Shown here piece after piece: positions 39,301 through 52,631 of a stretch of DNA of 64,000 nt. Positions within the stretch are counted from its first letter, which is position 1. Each line of letters opens with the position of its first letter. This DNA comes from Dendrobates tinctorius. Its lineage: Eukaryota. The translations under genes were made by a program, and so were the position numbers. The notes under the pieces were generated by a model. That model did no database searches and was not told where the DNA came from. It was given only the letters and a program-made list of their open reading frames with translations. The DNA is taken from NCBI RefSeq assembly GCF_039654945.1, contig NW_027361819.1:2418001-2482000 (forward strand), written 5' to 3'.

Positions 39301-42300
39301 CCGCTCTCCTGCAGACACACACTGTATATACACCGCTCTCCTGCAGACACACTGTATATATACACCGCTCTCCTGCAGACACACACTGTATATATACACC
39401 GCTCTCCTGCAGACACACACTGTATATATACGCCGCTCTCCTGCAGACACACACAGTATATATACACACCGCTCTCCTGCAGACACACACAGTATATATA
39501 CACACCGCTCTCCTGCAGACACACACTGTATATATACGCCGCTCTCCTGCAGACACACACTGTATATATACACCGCTCTCCTGCAGACACACTGTATATA
39601 TACGCCGCTCTCCTGCAGACACACACTGTATATATACACCGCTCTCCTGCAGACACACAATGTATATATAAGCCGCTCTCCTGCAGACACACACAGTATA
39701 TATACACCGCTCTCCTGCAGACACACAGTATATATACACCGCTCTCCTGAAGACACACACTGTATATATACACCGCTCTCCTGCAGACACACACTGTATA
39801 TATACGCCGCTCTCCTGCAGACACACACTGTATATATACGCCGCTCTCCTGCAGACACACACTGTATATATACACACCGCTCTCCTGCAGACACACACTG
39901 TATATATACACCGCTCTCCTGCAGACACACACTGTATATATACGCCGCTCTCCTGCAGACACACACAGTATATATACGCCGCTCTCCTGCAGACACACAC
40001 TGTATATATACGCCGCTCTCCTGCAGACACACACTGTATATATACGCCGCTCTCATGCAGACACACACTGTATATATACGCCGCTCTCCTGCAGACACAC
40101 ACTGTATATATACGCCGCTCTCCTGCAGACACACACTGTATATATACGCCGCTCTCCTGCAGACACACACTGTATATATACGCCGCTCTCCTGCAGACAC
40201 ACACAGTATATATACGCCGCTCTCCTGCAGACACACACAGTATATATACGCCGCTCTCCTGCAGACGCACACTGTATATATACGCCGCTCTCCTGCAGAC
40301 GCACACTGTATATATACGCCGCTCTCCTGCAGACGCACACTGTATATATACGCCGCTCTCCTGCAGACGCACACTGTATATATACGCCGCTCTCCTGCAG
40401 ACGCACACTGTATATATACTCCGCTCTCCTGCAGACGCACACTGTATATATACGCCGCTCTCCTGCAGACGCACACTGTATATATACGCCGCTCTCCTGC
40501 AGACACACACAGTATATATACACCGCTCTCCTGCAGACACACACTGTATATATACACCGCTCTCCTGCAGACACACTGTATATATACGCCGCTCTCCTGC
40601 AGACGCACACAGTATATATACGCCGCTCTCCTGCAGACGCACACTGTATATATACGCCGCTCTCCTGCACACACACACTGTATATATACGCCGCTCTCCT
40701 GCAGACACACACTGTATATATACACCGCTCTCCTGCAGACACACACTGTATATATACACCGCTCTCCTGCAGACACACTGTATATATACGCCGCTCTCCT
40801 GCAGACACACACTGTATATATACGCCGCTCTCCTGCAGACACACACTGTATATATACGCCGCTCTCCTGCAGACACACACTGTATATATACGCTGCTCTC
40901 CTGCAGACACACACTGTATATATACACCGCTCTCCTGCAGACACACACTGTATATATACACCGCTCTCCTGCAGACACACACTGTATATATACACCGCTC
41001 TCCTGCAGACACACACAGTATATATACACCGCTCTCCTGCAGACACACACAGTATATATACGCCGCTCTCCTGCAGACACACACTGTATATATACGCCGC
41101 TCTCCTGCAGACACACTGTATATATACGCCGCTCTCCTGCAGACACACACTGTATATATACGCCGCTCTCCTGCAGACACACACTGTATATATACACCGC
41201 TCTCCTGCAGACACACACAGTATATATACACCGCTCTCCTGCAGACACACACTGTATATATACACCGCTCTCCTGCAGACACACTGTATATATACGCCGC
41301 TCTCCTGCAGACGCACACAGTATATATACACCGCTCTCCTGCAGACGCACACTGTATATATACGCCGCTCTCCTGCAGACACACACTGTATATATACGCC
41401 GCTCTCCTGCAGACACACACTGTATATATACGCCGCTCTCCTGCAGACACACACTGTATATATACACCGCTCTCCTGCAGACACACACAGTATATATACA
41501 CCGCTCTCCTGCAGACGCACACTGTATATATACACCGCTCTCCTGCAGACACACACTGTATATATACACCGCTCTCCTGCAGACACACACAGTATATATA
41601 CACCGCTCTCCTGCAGACGCACACAGTATATATACACCGCTCTCCTGCAGACACACACTGTATATATACACCGCTCTCCTGCAGACGCACACAGTATGTA
41701 TACACCGCTCTCCTGCAGACACACACAGTATATATACACCGCTCTCCTGCAGACACACACAGTATATATATACCGCTCTCCTGCAGACACACACAGTATA
41801 TATACACCGCTCTCCTGCAGACGCACACAGTATATATACACCGCTCTCCTGCAGACACACACAGTATATATACACCGCTCTCCTGCAGACACACACAGTA
41901 TATATACACCGCTCTCCTGCAGACGCACACAGTATATATACACCGCTCTCCTGCAGACGCACACTGTATATATATACCGCTCTCCTGCAGACGCACACTG
42001 TATATATATACCGCTCTCCTGCAGACACACACAGTATATATACACCGCTCTCCTGCAGACACACACAGTATATATACACCGCTCTCCTGCAGACACACAC
42101 AGTATATATACACCGCTCTCCTGCAGACACACACAGTATATATACACCGCTCTCCTGCAGACACACACAGTATATATATACCGCTCTCCTGCAGACGCAC
42201 ACTGTATATATATACCGCTCTCCTGCAGACACACACAGTATATATACACCGATCTCCTGCAGACACACACAGTATATATACACCGCTCTCCTGCAGACAC

Positions 42301-45300
42301 ACACTGTATATATACACCGCTCTCCTGCAGACACACACAGTATATATACACCGCTCTCCTGCAGACACACACAGTATATATACGCCGCTCTCCTGCAGAC
42401 GCACACAGTATATATACGCCGCTCTCCTGCAGACGCACACAGTATATACTGTATATACCGCTCTCCTGCAGACACACACAGTATATATACACCGCTCTCC
42501 TGCAGACACACAGTATATATACACCGCTCTCCTGCAGACACACACTGTATATATACACCGCTCTCCTGCAGACACACACTGTATATATACGCCGCTCTCC
42601 TGCAGACACACACTGTATATATACGCCGCTCTCCTGCAGACACACACTGTATATATACACACCGCTCTCCTGCAGACACACACTGTATATATACACCGCT
42701 CTCCTGCAGACACACACTGTATATATACGCCGCTCTCCTGCAGACACACACAGTATATATACACCGCTCTCCTGCAGACACACAGTATATATACGCCGCT
42801 CTCCTGCAGACACACACTGTATATATACGCCGCTCTCCTGCAGACACACACTGTATATATACGCCGCTCTCCTGCAGACACACACTGTATATATACGCCG
42901 CTCTCCTGCAGACACACACTGTATATATACACCGCTCTCCTGCAGACGCACACAGTATATATACACCGCTCTCCTGCAGACGCACACAGTATATATACAC
43001 CGCTCTCCTGCAGACGCACACAGTATATATACACCGCTCTCCTGCAGACGCACACAGTATATATACGCCGCTCTTCTGCAGACGCACACAGTATATATAC
43101 GCCACTCTCCTGCAGACGCACACAGTATATATACGCCGCTCTCCTGCAGACGCACACAGTATATATACGCCGCTCTCCTGCAGACACACACAGTATATAT
43201 ACGCCGCTCTCCTGCAGACACACACAGTATATATACGCCGCTCTCCTGCAGACACACTGTATATACACGCCGCTCTCCTGCAGACACACACTGTATATAT
43301 ACGCCGCTCTCCTGCAGACACACACTGTATATATACGCCGCTCTCCTGCAGACACACACTGTATATATACGCCGCTCTCCTGCAGACACACACTGTATAT
43401 ATACGCCGCTCTCCAGCAGACACACACTGTATATATACGCCGCTCTCCTGCAGACACACACTGTATATATACGCCGCTCTCCTGCAGACACACACTGTAT
43501 ATATACGCCGCTCTCCTGCAGACACACACTGTATATATACGCCGCTCTCCTGCAGACACACACAGTATATATACGCCGCTCTCCTGCAGACACACACTGT
43601 ATATATACGCCGCTCTCCTGCAGACACACACTGTATATATACGCCGCTCTCCTGCAGACACACACTGTATATATACGCCGCTCTCCTGCAGACACACACT
43701 GTATATATACGCCGCTCTCCTGCAGACACACACTGTATATATACGCCGCTCTCCTGCAGACACACACTGTATATATACGCCGCTCTCCTGCAGACACACA
43801 CTGTATATATACGCCGCTCTCCTGCAGACACACACTGTATATATACGCCGCTCTCCTGCAGACACACACTGTATATATACGCCGCTCTCCTGCAGACACA
43901 CACTGTATATATACGCCGCTCTCCTGCAGACGCACACTGTATATATACGCCGCTCTCCTGCAGACGCACACAGTATATATACGCCGCTCTCCTGCAGACA
44001 CACACTGTATATATACGCCGCTCTCCTGCAGACACACACAGTATATATACGCCGCTCTCCTGCAGACACACACTGTATATATACACCGCTCTCCTGCAGA
44101 CACACACAGTATATATACACCGCTCTCCTGCAGACACACACTGTATATATACGCCGCTCTCCTGCAGACACACACTGTATATATACGCCGCTCTCCTGCA
44201 GACGCACACAGTATATATACGCCGCTCTCCTGCAGACACACACTGTATATATACGCCGCTCTCCTGCAGACACACACTGTATATATACGCCGCTCTCCTG
44301 CAGACACACACTGTATATATACGCCGCTCTCCTGCAGACACACACTGTATATATACACCGCTCTCCTGCAGACACACACTGTATATATACACCGCTCTCC
44401 TGCAGACACACACTGTATATATACACCGCTCTCCTGCAGACACACACTGTATATATACACCGCTCTCCTGCAGACACACACTGTATATATACGCCGCTCT
44501 CCTGCAGACACACACTGTATATATACGCCGCTCTCCTGCAGACACACACTGTATATATACACACCGCTCTCCTGCAGACACACACAGTATATATACGCCG
44601 CTCTCCTGCAGACACACACAGTATATATACGCCGCTCTCCTGCAGACACACACAGTATATATACACCGCTCTCCTGCAGACACACACTGTATATATACGC
44701 CGCTCTCCTGCAGACACACACTGTATATATACGCCGCTCTCCTGCAGACACACACTGTATATATACGCCGCTCTCCTGCAGACACACACAGTATATATAC
44801 GCCGCTCTCCTGCAGACACACACTGTATATATACGCCGCTCTCCTGCAGACACACACTGTATATATACGCCGCTCTCCTGCAGACACACACTGTATATAT
44901 ACGCCGCTCTCCTGCAGACACACACTGTATATATACACCGCTCTCCTGCAGACACACACTGTATATATACACCGCTCTCCTGCAGACACACACTGTATAT
45001 ATACGCCGCTCTCCTGCAGACACACACTGTATATATACGCCGCTCTCCTGCAGACACACACTGTATATATACGCCGCTCTCCTGCAGACACACACTGTAT
45101 ATATACGCCGCTCTCCTGCAGACACACACTGTATATATACGCCGCTCTCCTGCAGACACACACTGTATATATACACCGCTCTCCTGCAGACACACACTGT
45201 ATATATACGCCGCTCTCCTGCAGACACACACTGTATATATACGCCGCTCTCCTGCAGACATACACTGTATATATACACCGCTCTCCTGCAGACACACACA

Positions 45301-46338
45301 GTATATATACACCGCTCTCCTGCAGACACACTGTATATATACACCGCTCTCCTGCAGACACACACTGTATATATACACCGCTCTCCTGCAGACACACACT
45401 GTATATATACACCGCTCTCCTGCAGACACACACTGTATATATACACCGCTCTCCTGCAGACACACACTGTATATATACACCGCTCTCCTGCAGACACACA
45501 CTGTATATATACACCGCTCTCCTGCAGACACACACTGTATATATACACCGCTCTCCTGCAGACACACACTGTATATATACACCGCTCTCCTGCAGACACA
45601 CTGTATATATACACCGCTCTCCTGCAGACACACACTGTATATATACACCGCTCTCCTGCAGACACACACTGTATATATACACCGCTCTCCTGCAGACACA
45701 CACTGTATATATACACCGCTCTCCTGCAGACACACACTGTATATATACACCGCTCTCCTGCAGACACACACTGTATATATACACCGCTCTCCTGCAGACG
45801 CACACTGTATATATACACCGCTCTCCTGCAGACACACACTGTATATATACACCGCTCTCCTGCAGACACACACTGTATATATACACCGCTCTCCTGCAGA
45901 CACACACTGTATATATACACCGCTCTCCTGCAGACACACACTGTATATATACACCGCTCTCCTGCAGACACACACTGTATATATACACCGCTCTCCTGCA
46001 GACACACACTGTATATATACACCGCTCTCCTGCAGACACACACTGTATATATACACCGCTCTCCTGCAGACACACACTGTATATATACACCGCTCTCCTG
46101 CAGACACACACTGTATATATACACCGCTCTCCTGCAGACACACACTGTATATATACACCGCTCTCCTGCAGACACACACTGTATATATACACCGCTCTCC
46201 TGCAGACACACACAGTATATATACACCGCTCTCCTGCAGACACACACTGTATATATACACCGCTCTCCTGCAGACACACATACACACGGTGCGGTTCCTC
46301 TTCCCCATGACGTCACACACCGCACAGCCGCCTCTCAC

Positions 46339-46803
46339 CTGCGCTCCCCGCTCTCCTCTCCTCGGTCAGGTCCTCACTTCCTGGTTACGGGTCCTCCGTG
46401 TGCGGTTTCCATGGTGACAGACACGTCCTGCACTGACGCCTGTAACCTGCTCCCCGCGGTGACACACTACACGAGGTCAGTGACCAAAATTCTCTTATTA
46501 TCATCACATGAAATATTCATCTAACACTGAGGAACGATTGCAAATCAAAAATAATATTTTCAGGCAATATTTCGAGCAGCTCAGGCCATAAATGCTGGGT
46601 CCTACATCGATCCTGTTTCTGATTGGCTGCTTTGTACTTGTCTCCACCTCTTTCTTTATCTAGTGCTCACTGATTGGAGGAGGATCCTGTCAGTCACGGG
46701 ACTCACTGCTGCTTGGAGACCGTCTGGCCAATGAAATGAGTCGATGCCCAGTACAGGGTGGTAATGTTTGCACATGCGCAGTAGTTAGTCAGGTTGGAGA
46801 ATC
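46339..46803. promoter_or_regulatory. Bidirectional SLX1/BOLA2 promoter with probable non-coding exon 1 of SLX1
   Basis: Minus-strand donor CAG|GTGAG at 46339/46338; ETS-like CACTTCCTG; RFX-like GTTTCCATGGTGAC 46405-46418; CCAAT boxes ~46622, ~46673, ~46728; NRF1-like GCACATGCGCA 46770-46780. SLX1 and BOLA2 are head-to-head in mammals, and the SLX1 ATG exon begins with an acceptor at 20806. Confidence 0.7.
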
Positions 46804-47242
46804 ATGGCTGCAGACGGCGCGATCAGTGCAGAGACTCTGAAGGAGAAACTGACGCGGGAGCTGCAGGCGGAGCATGTGGTGAGGAGCGAGCGCGGGGTCA
46901 CATGACCAGGAGGACTACAAGGCTCACACAACCTTCCCAGTGTTTCCTGTCACGGTGCTGTGCTCCCCTTAATAACACTGATGTCACGTGTCTGGATTAT
47001 CAGACTGAGCTCTGGTTACAGCTGCGACCACTCATCTCCTTCCCCAGAGCAGAGACCGGCAGACGGGGAGGAGAGACTGCTGAGCATTGTAGTCCCCCAG
47101 GTGTATACTGCTGTGTAATTACTGATCATCTCTGTGTCCTCCAGGAAGTAGAAGACACCTCCCCAAACCACTGCTCCACCAGCTTCAGAGTGCTAGTGGT
47201 CTCCGCGCAGTTTGAAGGAAAAGCGCTGCTCCAGAGGCACAG
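46804..47242 (+). CDS. BOLA2: BolA family member 2, exons 1-2 (46804-46878, 47145-47242); last exon not found in the window
   Basis: MAADGAISAETLKEKLTRELQAEHV|EVEDTSPNHCSTSFRVLVVSAQFEGKALLQRHR matches BOLA2 (EVEDT..C..SFRVLVVS..FEGK.LLQRHR); GT-AG sites. Confidence 0.93.
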
Positions 47243-47267
47243 GTGAGAACCGGACACAAGCTGCGCT

Positions 47268-47822
47268 ATGCCCCAGAGCTGCACTCACTGTGTGCATACA
47301 TTACTGATCCTGAGTTACATCCTGTATTATACCCCAGAGCTGCACTCACTATTCTGCTGGTGCAGTCACTGTACACATACATTACTGATCCTGAGTTACA
47401 TCCTGTATTATACCCCAGAGCTGCGCTCACTATTCTGCTGGTGGAGTCACTGTGTACATACATTACATTACTGGTCCTGAGTTACATCCTGTATTATACC
47501 CCAGAGCTGCACTCACTATTCTGCTGGTGCAGTCACTGTGTACATACATTACTGATCCTGAGTTACATCCTGTATTATACCCCAGAGCTGCACTCACTAT
47601 TCTGCTGGTGCAGTCACTGTACACATACATTACTGATCCTGAGTTACATCCTGTATTATACCCCAGAGCTGCGCTCACTATTCTGCTGGTGGAGTCACTG
47701 TGTACATACATTACATTACTGGTCCTGAGTTACATCCTGTATTATACCCCAGAGCTGCACTCACTATTCTGCTGGTGCAGTCACTGTGTACATACATTAC
47801 TGATCCTGAGTTACATCCTGTA
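47268..47822. repeat. 81/86-bp satellite, left array (~7 units)
   Basis: CCAGAGCTGCACTCACTATTCTGCTGGTGCAGTCACTGTGTACATACAT(TACAT)TACTGATCCTGAGTTACATCCTGTATTATAC(C/T). Confidence 0.95.
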
Positions 47823-48243
47823 TCTCTTTTATTATAAAAAAATATCAAAAACACAATACATAAGACAGACAAAAACAACATTCCAGAAATCAAAAACCAC
47901 GATACATGAACTAAAATAAACCACACCGACATACAAAAAAAAACTTGTGCAAATATGCGAGCTTACGACAGTCCATCTCTGAAGGACATAGTGCAGTGTC
48001 TCCAGGCTTTGCAGCCTGAGGGACCCCCAGCAGGAACCTCCAAAAAAAAAAAAAAAAAAAAAAAGAAAACAAACAAAAATCCATTCCTTCACATTCAAAC
48101 CCATTCACACCTTCACTCATGCTCCCATTCATTCCTATATACTGGATTTAAAACAGGAAAGTAAACACTTTTTCTGGCCCACTGCCTTAAACAGAAAAAA
48201 CAGCCATCTTGGCAGACCCTCAACTACTTCCCCTCAACACAGC

Positions 48244-48419
48244 NNNNNNNNNNNNNNNNNNNNNNNNNNNNNNNNNNNNNNNNNNNNNNNNNNNNNNNNN
48301 NNNNNNNNNNNNNNNNNNNNNNNNNNNNNNNNNNNNNNNNNNNNNNNNNNNNNNNNNNNNNNNNNNNNNNNNNNNNNNNNNNNNNNNNNNNNNNNNNNNN
48401 NNNNNNNNNNNNNNNNNNN
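48244..48419. other. Assembly gap (176 N)
   Basis: Run of N. Confidence 1.
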
Positions 48420-49238
48420 CAGGTCCACAAGTTCGTAGCCTTTTCCACACCTAGGTCCATGAAAGTTTATGGCCTCAGAAAAAAAACAGCACCTCAGGGT
48501 CCAGGAAAGTTTATGGCCCGTATCTACATTTCCTTATATATTTCCCATGGTCCTTGGTGTAGTTCCCAGGCCATCTCCTTCTGATCTTCGGCCCTTGATT
48601 TCTCAGGGTCCATTCCAGGGTCCAAACTTCCCCCCTCCCTCCCGCAAGAAACCCCCACCCAACCTGACTGTACCCCTTCCCCCTTTCCTAACTATAATAT
48701 ATACATTTTTTTTAAAAGCACCATCCTAGCGACATACAATACTGCATACATGTACAGATACACAAAAAGCACATACTACACTTGTTATACACCTAAGATA
48801 CGACCTGCTATAACCAGTGATAATATTACCCAAACAATAAGTATTAACCACATTTCCAAAAACCTTGCCACAGGCCCAAGTTTGGTGCCTGCAAGCCCAA
48901 TATCCATTAAATTTCATGCTTCCAAAACAAAAAGCTAAAGTGACATGCACCAGCCCAACACCAGGAAAGGAGTTCTGGAGGCCCCATCCCTCACTAACAC
49001 ATTCACCCTGTCCCTCAACAACTAAGACTGTCCCTACTTCTGTCCCTAAAGAAACTGTCCCTATCTGTCCCTACCTGCCCCTACTCTACCTAACTTATCA
49101 TAACTAACTCTCTATCTGTCCCTCAGTGCCTGTCCCTCCCTGTCCCTATCTGCCCCTAATTCTGTCCCTAACACCCAGTGAAACTTATGCTATCCCTACC
49201 CTCATTCACACGGAGCTAGCTCTCCCTTGAGTGCGTTT

Positions 49239-52200
49239 CTAAAAGGAGAGGCCCCTCCAAAGCCAAGAGGCCTTCCTCACACCCAACCTTTCGAACTCCA
49301 AAGAACGGACCTTCACCAGGTCACCCAAGATGTTTCCTACCACCTCATCCCTCGGAAGGGTTTTTTTCCGCGTCGAAACTAGGCACCGTGCATTCCAAGT
49401 GTAGAACCTAACCACTACACTGACTAGGAATAAAGTGCACGGGTCCCGGCCACCCAGGGATCTGAACGCTCCATAGGCCCACTCAGCGTAGGAGAGGGAC
49501 GCCAGCCGCGGCCAACGTATGGAAGCACCCACCCTGTTGTAAACCTCTGCATTAAAGGGACAATGAAGCAGGAAGTGCTCCATGCTTTCCAGCACGTCGC
49601 CACACTCCTCACGGGGACAACCCCGATCATCGGATTTCCTGCACTTCAAGTTATCCTTTACATACAGCCTCCCGTGGAAGCAGCGCCAAGTCAAGTCCCA
49701 AAACTTCATGGGGATCCGCTTAGAATTTAAAAGCCCCAGCCCGACCTCCAGATCCCGGCCTGGGCAATCCTTAAGGGCCAGGGGCTTCTGGAAATGTGTC
49801 AACAGGACCCTCCTGTCAAGGCATTGCCTCGACATGGTCCTGATTTCCCACATTCCCAAACCCCACCGGCGGATCACCTTCAGAACCGGGGTAGCGTAAG
49901 CCGGGAGATGCCCATGAGGTGAGCGTAGGTCCTTCACCTGCCCTCCTGTCTCCCATTCCTGGAAGAAAGGCCAAAGCCAACCCTTGCAGGAGACTACCCA
50001 CGGAGGAGCCCTCTCTAGCCAGAGGTTGGAGATGTTAGTCTTAAGAAAGGTGTTTACTAGAAACACCACCGGGTTGACCATACCCAACCCACCTAGTCTC
50101 CTCGTACGGTATGTAACCTCCCTCTTGATTAGGTTAAGCCTATTCCCCCATAACAATTGGAAGAACAGGCTATAGACCCGTGTCCAGAGAGGTTCCGGCA
50201 AGATGCACACACTGCCCAGGTATATTAATAAAGGTAGCAGAAAGCCTTTAGCCAGGGCAACCCTTTCCCTCAGGGTTAAAGACCAACCCTTCCATTGGTC
50301 CACCTTTTGGGCGGCGATCTTAAGTCTGCCCTCCCAATTTTGCTGGGGGTAATCCCCGGGGCCAAATTCGATGCCTAGAATTTTGGCGGTGGCCTGGGGC
50401 CCTGGAAGGGTGTCCAGGAGATCAAACCTGGGATCTCCCCCTCCCAGCCAGAGACTTTCACACTTATCCCGGTTGATCATGGACCCGGATGCCTCCGAGT
50501 AGCGCACTACCTCCGACATGACCCAATCCGCCTCCCTTCTCGAGGACACGAAAAGGGAAACATCATCAGCATACGCCACCACCCTCAGAGAGGACCCAGA
50601 GCCCGCCTGGTCCATCCCGACTCCCGCCAACGGTCCACGATCTACCCTCCTTAGGAAGGGATCGATCGCGAACACGTATAAAAGCGGGCTCAGCGGACAG
50701 CCCTGACGGACCCCAGAACCCACCTCAAAAGGGCGACCCGACCAACCGTTCACCAGCGGAAAAGTCTCAGCCCCTTGGTACAAGATCTCTAACCATTTTA
50801 CAAACCTCCCAGGCAGACCATACCTCAAAAGGACGGACCAGAGGTACTCGTGGTTGACCCGGTCAAAGGCTTTCGCTTGATCTAATGACAGCAAGTACCC
50901 CCTCCAGTGACCTGCCCTACCCTGCTCCACTGCCTCTCGGACACCGAGCACAGCACTAAAAGTACTGCGGCCCGGAACAGAGCAATGCTGGGCCCCTGAA
51001 AGGAGCCGGGGTGCAAACTTCACCAGCCGATTAAACAGCACCTTGGCCAGAACCTTCCGGTCCGTATCGAGAAGCGCTATGGGACGCCAATTCTCGATAC
51101 GGGACGGATCCTTACCCTTTGACAGAATAATGAGGGCTGACTTCCTCATTGAGTCGGGAAGAGTGCCCGAGGAGAGACACTCATTAAATACCCCTGTCAA
51201 GAGGGGGACCAAGGAGTCCCTAAAAGTCTTATAGAACTCGGATGTTAAGCCATCCGGACCTGGCGATTTCTTGGGCCGAAGCCCATCAATGGCCAGTCTC
51301 ACTTCCTCTTCCCTGATTTCCTCTGCCAAAACACCAAGAGAGGGATCACCCCCTGGCTCAGGGACGGTTTCAGCCAGGAAAGCCGACATCCTGTCCCGAT
51401 CCAGATCCTTCTTTTCCAAGAGGTGTGAGTAGAAGGATCTGACCACCTCCAGGATCCCTGATTTGGATCTGTTCAGGGACCCCGTACTGTCGATCAGTCC
51501 TGTCACCATCTTACAATTCACTGACATCTTACAGTTTCTGTAAGGGTCGGGTGAGCGGTACTTCCCGAAGTCCCTCTCAAAAACTAAAGATGTGTGTCTA
51601 TCATACTGACACCTCTTGAGCAAAGATTTCACTCTGGAGATTTCCTCACGGTCACCTCCAGTCGAGACAAGCTGCTCGAGTTTCCTCCCCAGGGCCTGGT
51701 ACAAGCGGTGCCTGTTCAGACTCCTGAGGCTCGAGAGCTGACGGAAGAACCCCGCCACCCGCTTTTTGAAGATCTCCCACCACTCTGACTTACTACTACA
51801 GAGATCCAACAGCGGTACCTGGCTCTGAAGAAAGTCCTCGAAGGATTGTCTCACCTCCGCTTCTTCCAGCAGGGACGAATTGAGCTTCCACAGCCCTCTT
51901 CCCATCCGATGAGTCTCTGCAACATTCAGAGAAAAGAAAATTAGACAGTGATCGGAGAACTCCACCTCAACGGCGGACACAGCAGAAAAGATGGCGTCCT
52001 CCTTCAAAAAAAACCTGTCTATTCTAGACCTACAGCTACCCCTATGGTAGGTGAAACCTCCGTGACCTGGGGTGTGCCGGATGTGGACATCCACCAGGCG
52101 AGCTTCGCTGGCTATGCTATTCAACGCGACGCTATCATAAGCCAGGCGATCTCCGGGACCCCCCCGGTCACGGGACCTCGTAATGGTGTTGAAGTCCCCA

Positions 52201-52631
52201 CCGAAGACCACCTGCCGGCTCGTAAAAAGAAAGGGCTTGATCCTCAGGAAGAGACATTTGCGGTCCCACTTGGACTGCGGGCCGTAGATGTTGATGAGCC
52301 GGAGCTCTTGTCCCCTCATGAAGACATCTAGGATCAGGCACCTCCCCATTTCCAACTCAGTAACCCGTCGGCATTCAACAGCTGCAGTCTTAAAAAGGAC
52401 TGCCACCCCGCTATACGGCTCGGCCGCAAGAGACCAGTATGAGGGCCCGCACCTCCACTCCCTCCGTGCTTTATAGATGGCCCCCATGTCTGTTAGTCTG
52501 GTCTCTTGCAAGAATAAAATTTCTGCCTCAATCCGGGAGAAAAAATCAAAGGCCGTGAAGCGAGCCGCATCTGACTTTATGCTGGCAACATTAATAGATG
52601 CCAGCGTCAACGGGGCGAGTTCCGCCATCAT
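49239..52631 (-). CDS. LINE ORF2: APE endonuclease + reverse transcriptase + C-terminal zinc finger, 1130 aa, intact
   Basis: SINV, FLQET, NIYGP, GGDFN, SRIDRF, FSDH; KSPGPDG, NWRPIAL, LDQAKAFD, GVRQGCPLSP, AYADD; CPREEC..ESMEHFLLHC. Confidence 0.95.
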   Translation of the reverse strand: MMAELAPLTLASINVASIKSDAARFTAFDFFSRIEAEILFLQETRLTDMGAIYKARREWRCGPSYWSLAAEPYSGVAVLFKTAAVECRRVTELEMGRCLILDVFMRGQELRLINIYGPQSKWDRKCLFLRIKPFLFTSRQVVFGGDFNTITRSRDRGGPGDRLAYDSVALNSIASEARLVDVHIRHTPGHGGFTYHRGSCRSRIDRFFLKEDAIFSAVSAVEVEFSDHCLIFFSLNVAETHRMGRGLWKLNSSLLEEAEVRQSFEDFLQSQVPLLDLCSSKSEWWEIFKKRVAGFFRQLSSLRSLNRHRLYQALGRKLEQLVSTGGDREEISRVKSLLKRCQYDRHTSLVFERDFGKYRSPDPYRNCKMSVNCKMVTGLIDSTGSLNRSKSGILEVVRSFYSHLLEKKDLDRDRMSAFLAETVPEPGGDPSLGVLAEEIREEEVRLAIDGLRPKKSPGPDGLTSEFYKTFRDSLVPLLTGVFNECLSSGTLPDSMRKSALIILSKGKDPSRIENWRPIALLDTDRKVLAKVLFNRLVKFAPRLLSGAQHCSVPGRSTFSAVLGVREAVEQGRAGHWRGYLLSLDQAKAFDRVNHEYLWSVLLRYGLPGRFVKWLEILYQGAETFPLVNGWSGRPFEVGSGVRQGCPLSPLLYVFAIDPFLRRVDRGPLAGVGMDQAGSGSSLRVVAYADDVSLFVSSRREADWVMSEVVRYSEASGSMINRDKCESLWLGGGDPRFDLLDTLPGPQATAKILGIEFGPGDYPQQNWEGRLKIAAQKVDQWKGWSLTLRERVALAKGFLLPLLIYLGSVCILPEPLWTRVYSLFFQLLWGNRLNLIKREVTYRTRRLGGLGMVNPVVFLVNTFLKTNISNLWLERAPPWVVSCKGWLWPFFQEWETGGQVKDLRSPHGHLPAYATPVLKVIRRWGLGMWEIRTMSRQCLDRRVLLTHFQKPLALKDCPGRDLEVGLGLLNSKRIPMKFWDLTWRCFHGRLYVKDNLKCRKSDDRGCPREECGDVLESMEHFLLHCPFNAEVYNRVGASIRWPRLASLSYAEWAYGAFRSLGGRDPCTLFLVSVVVRFYTWNARCLVSTRKKTLPRDEVVGNILGDLVKVRSLEFERLGVRKASWLWRGLSF

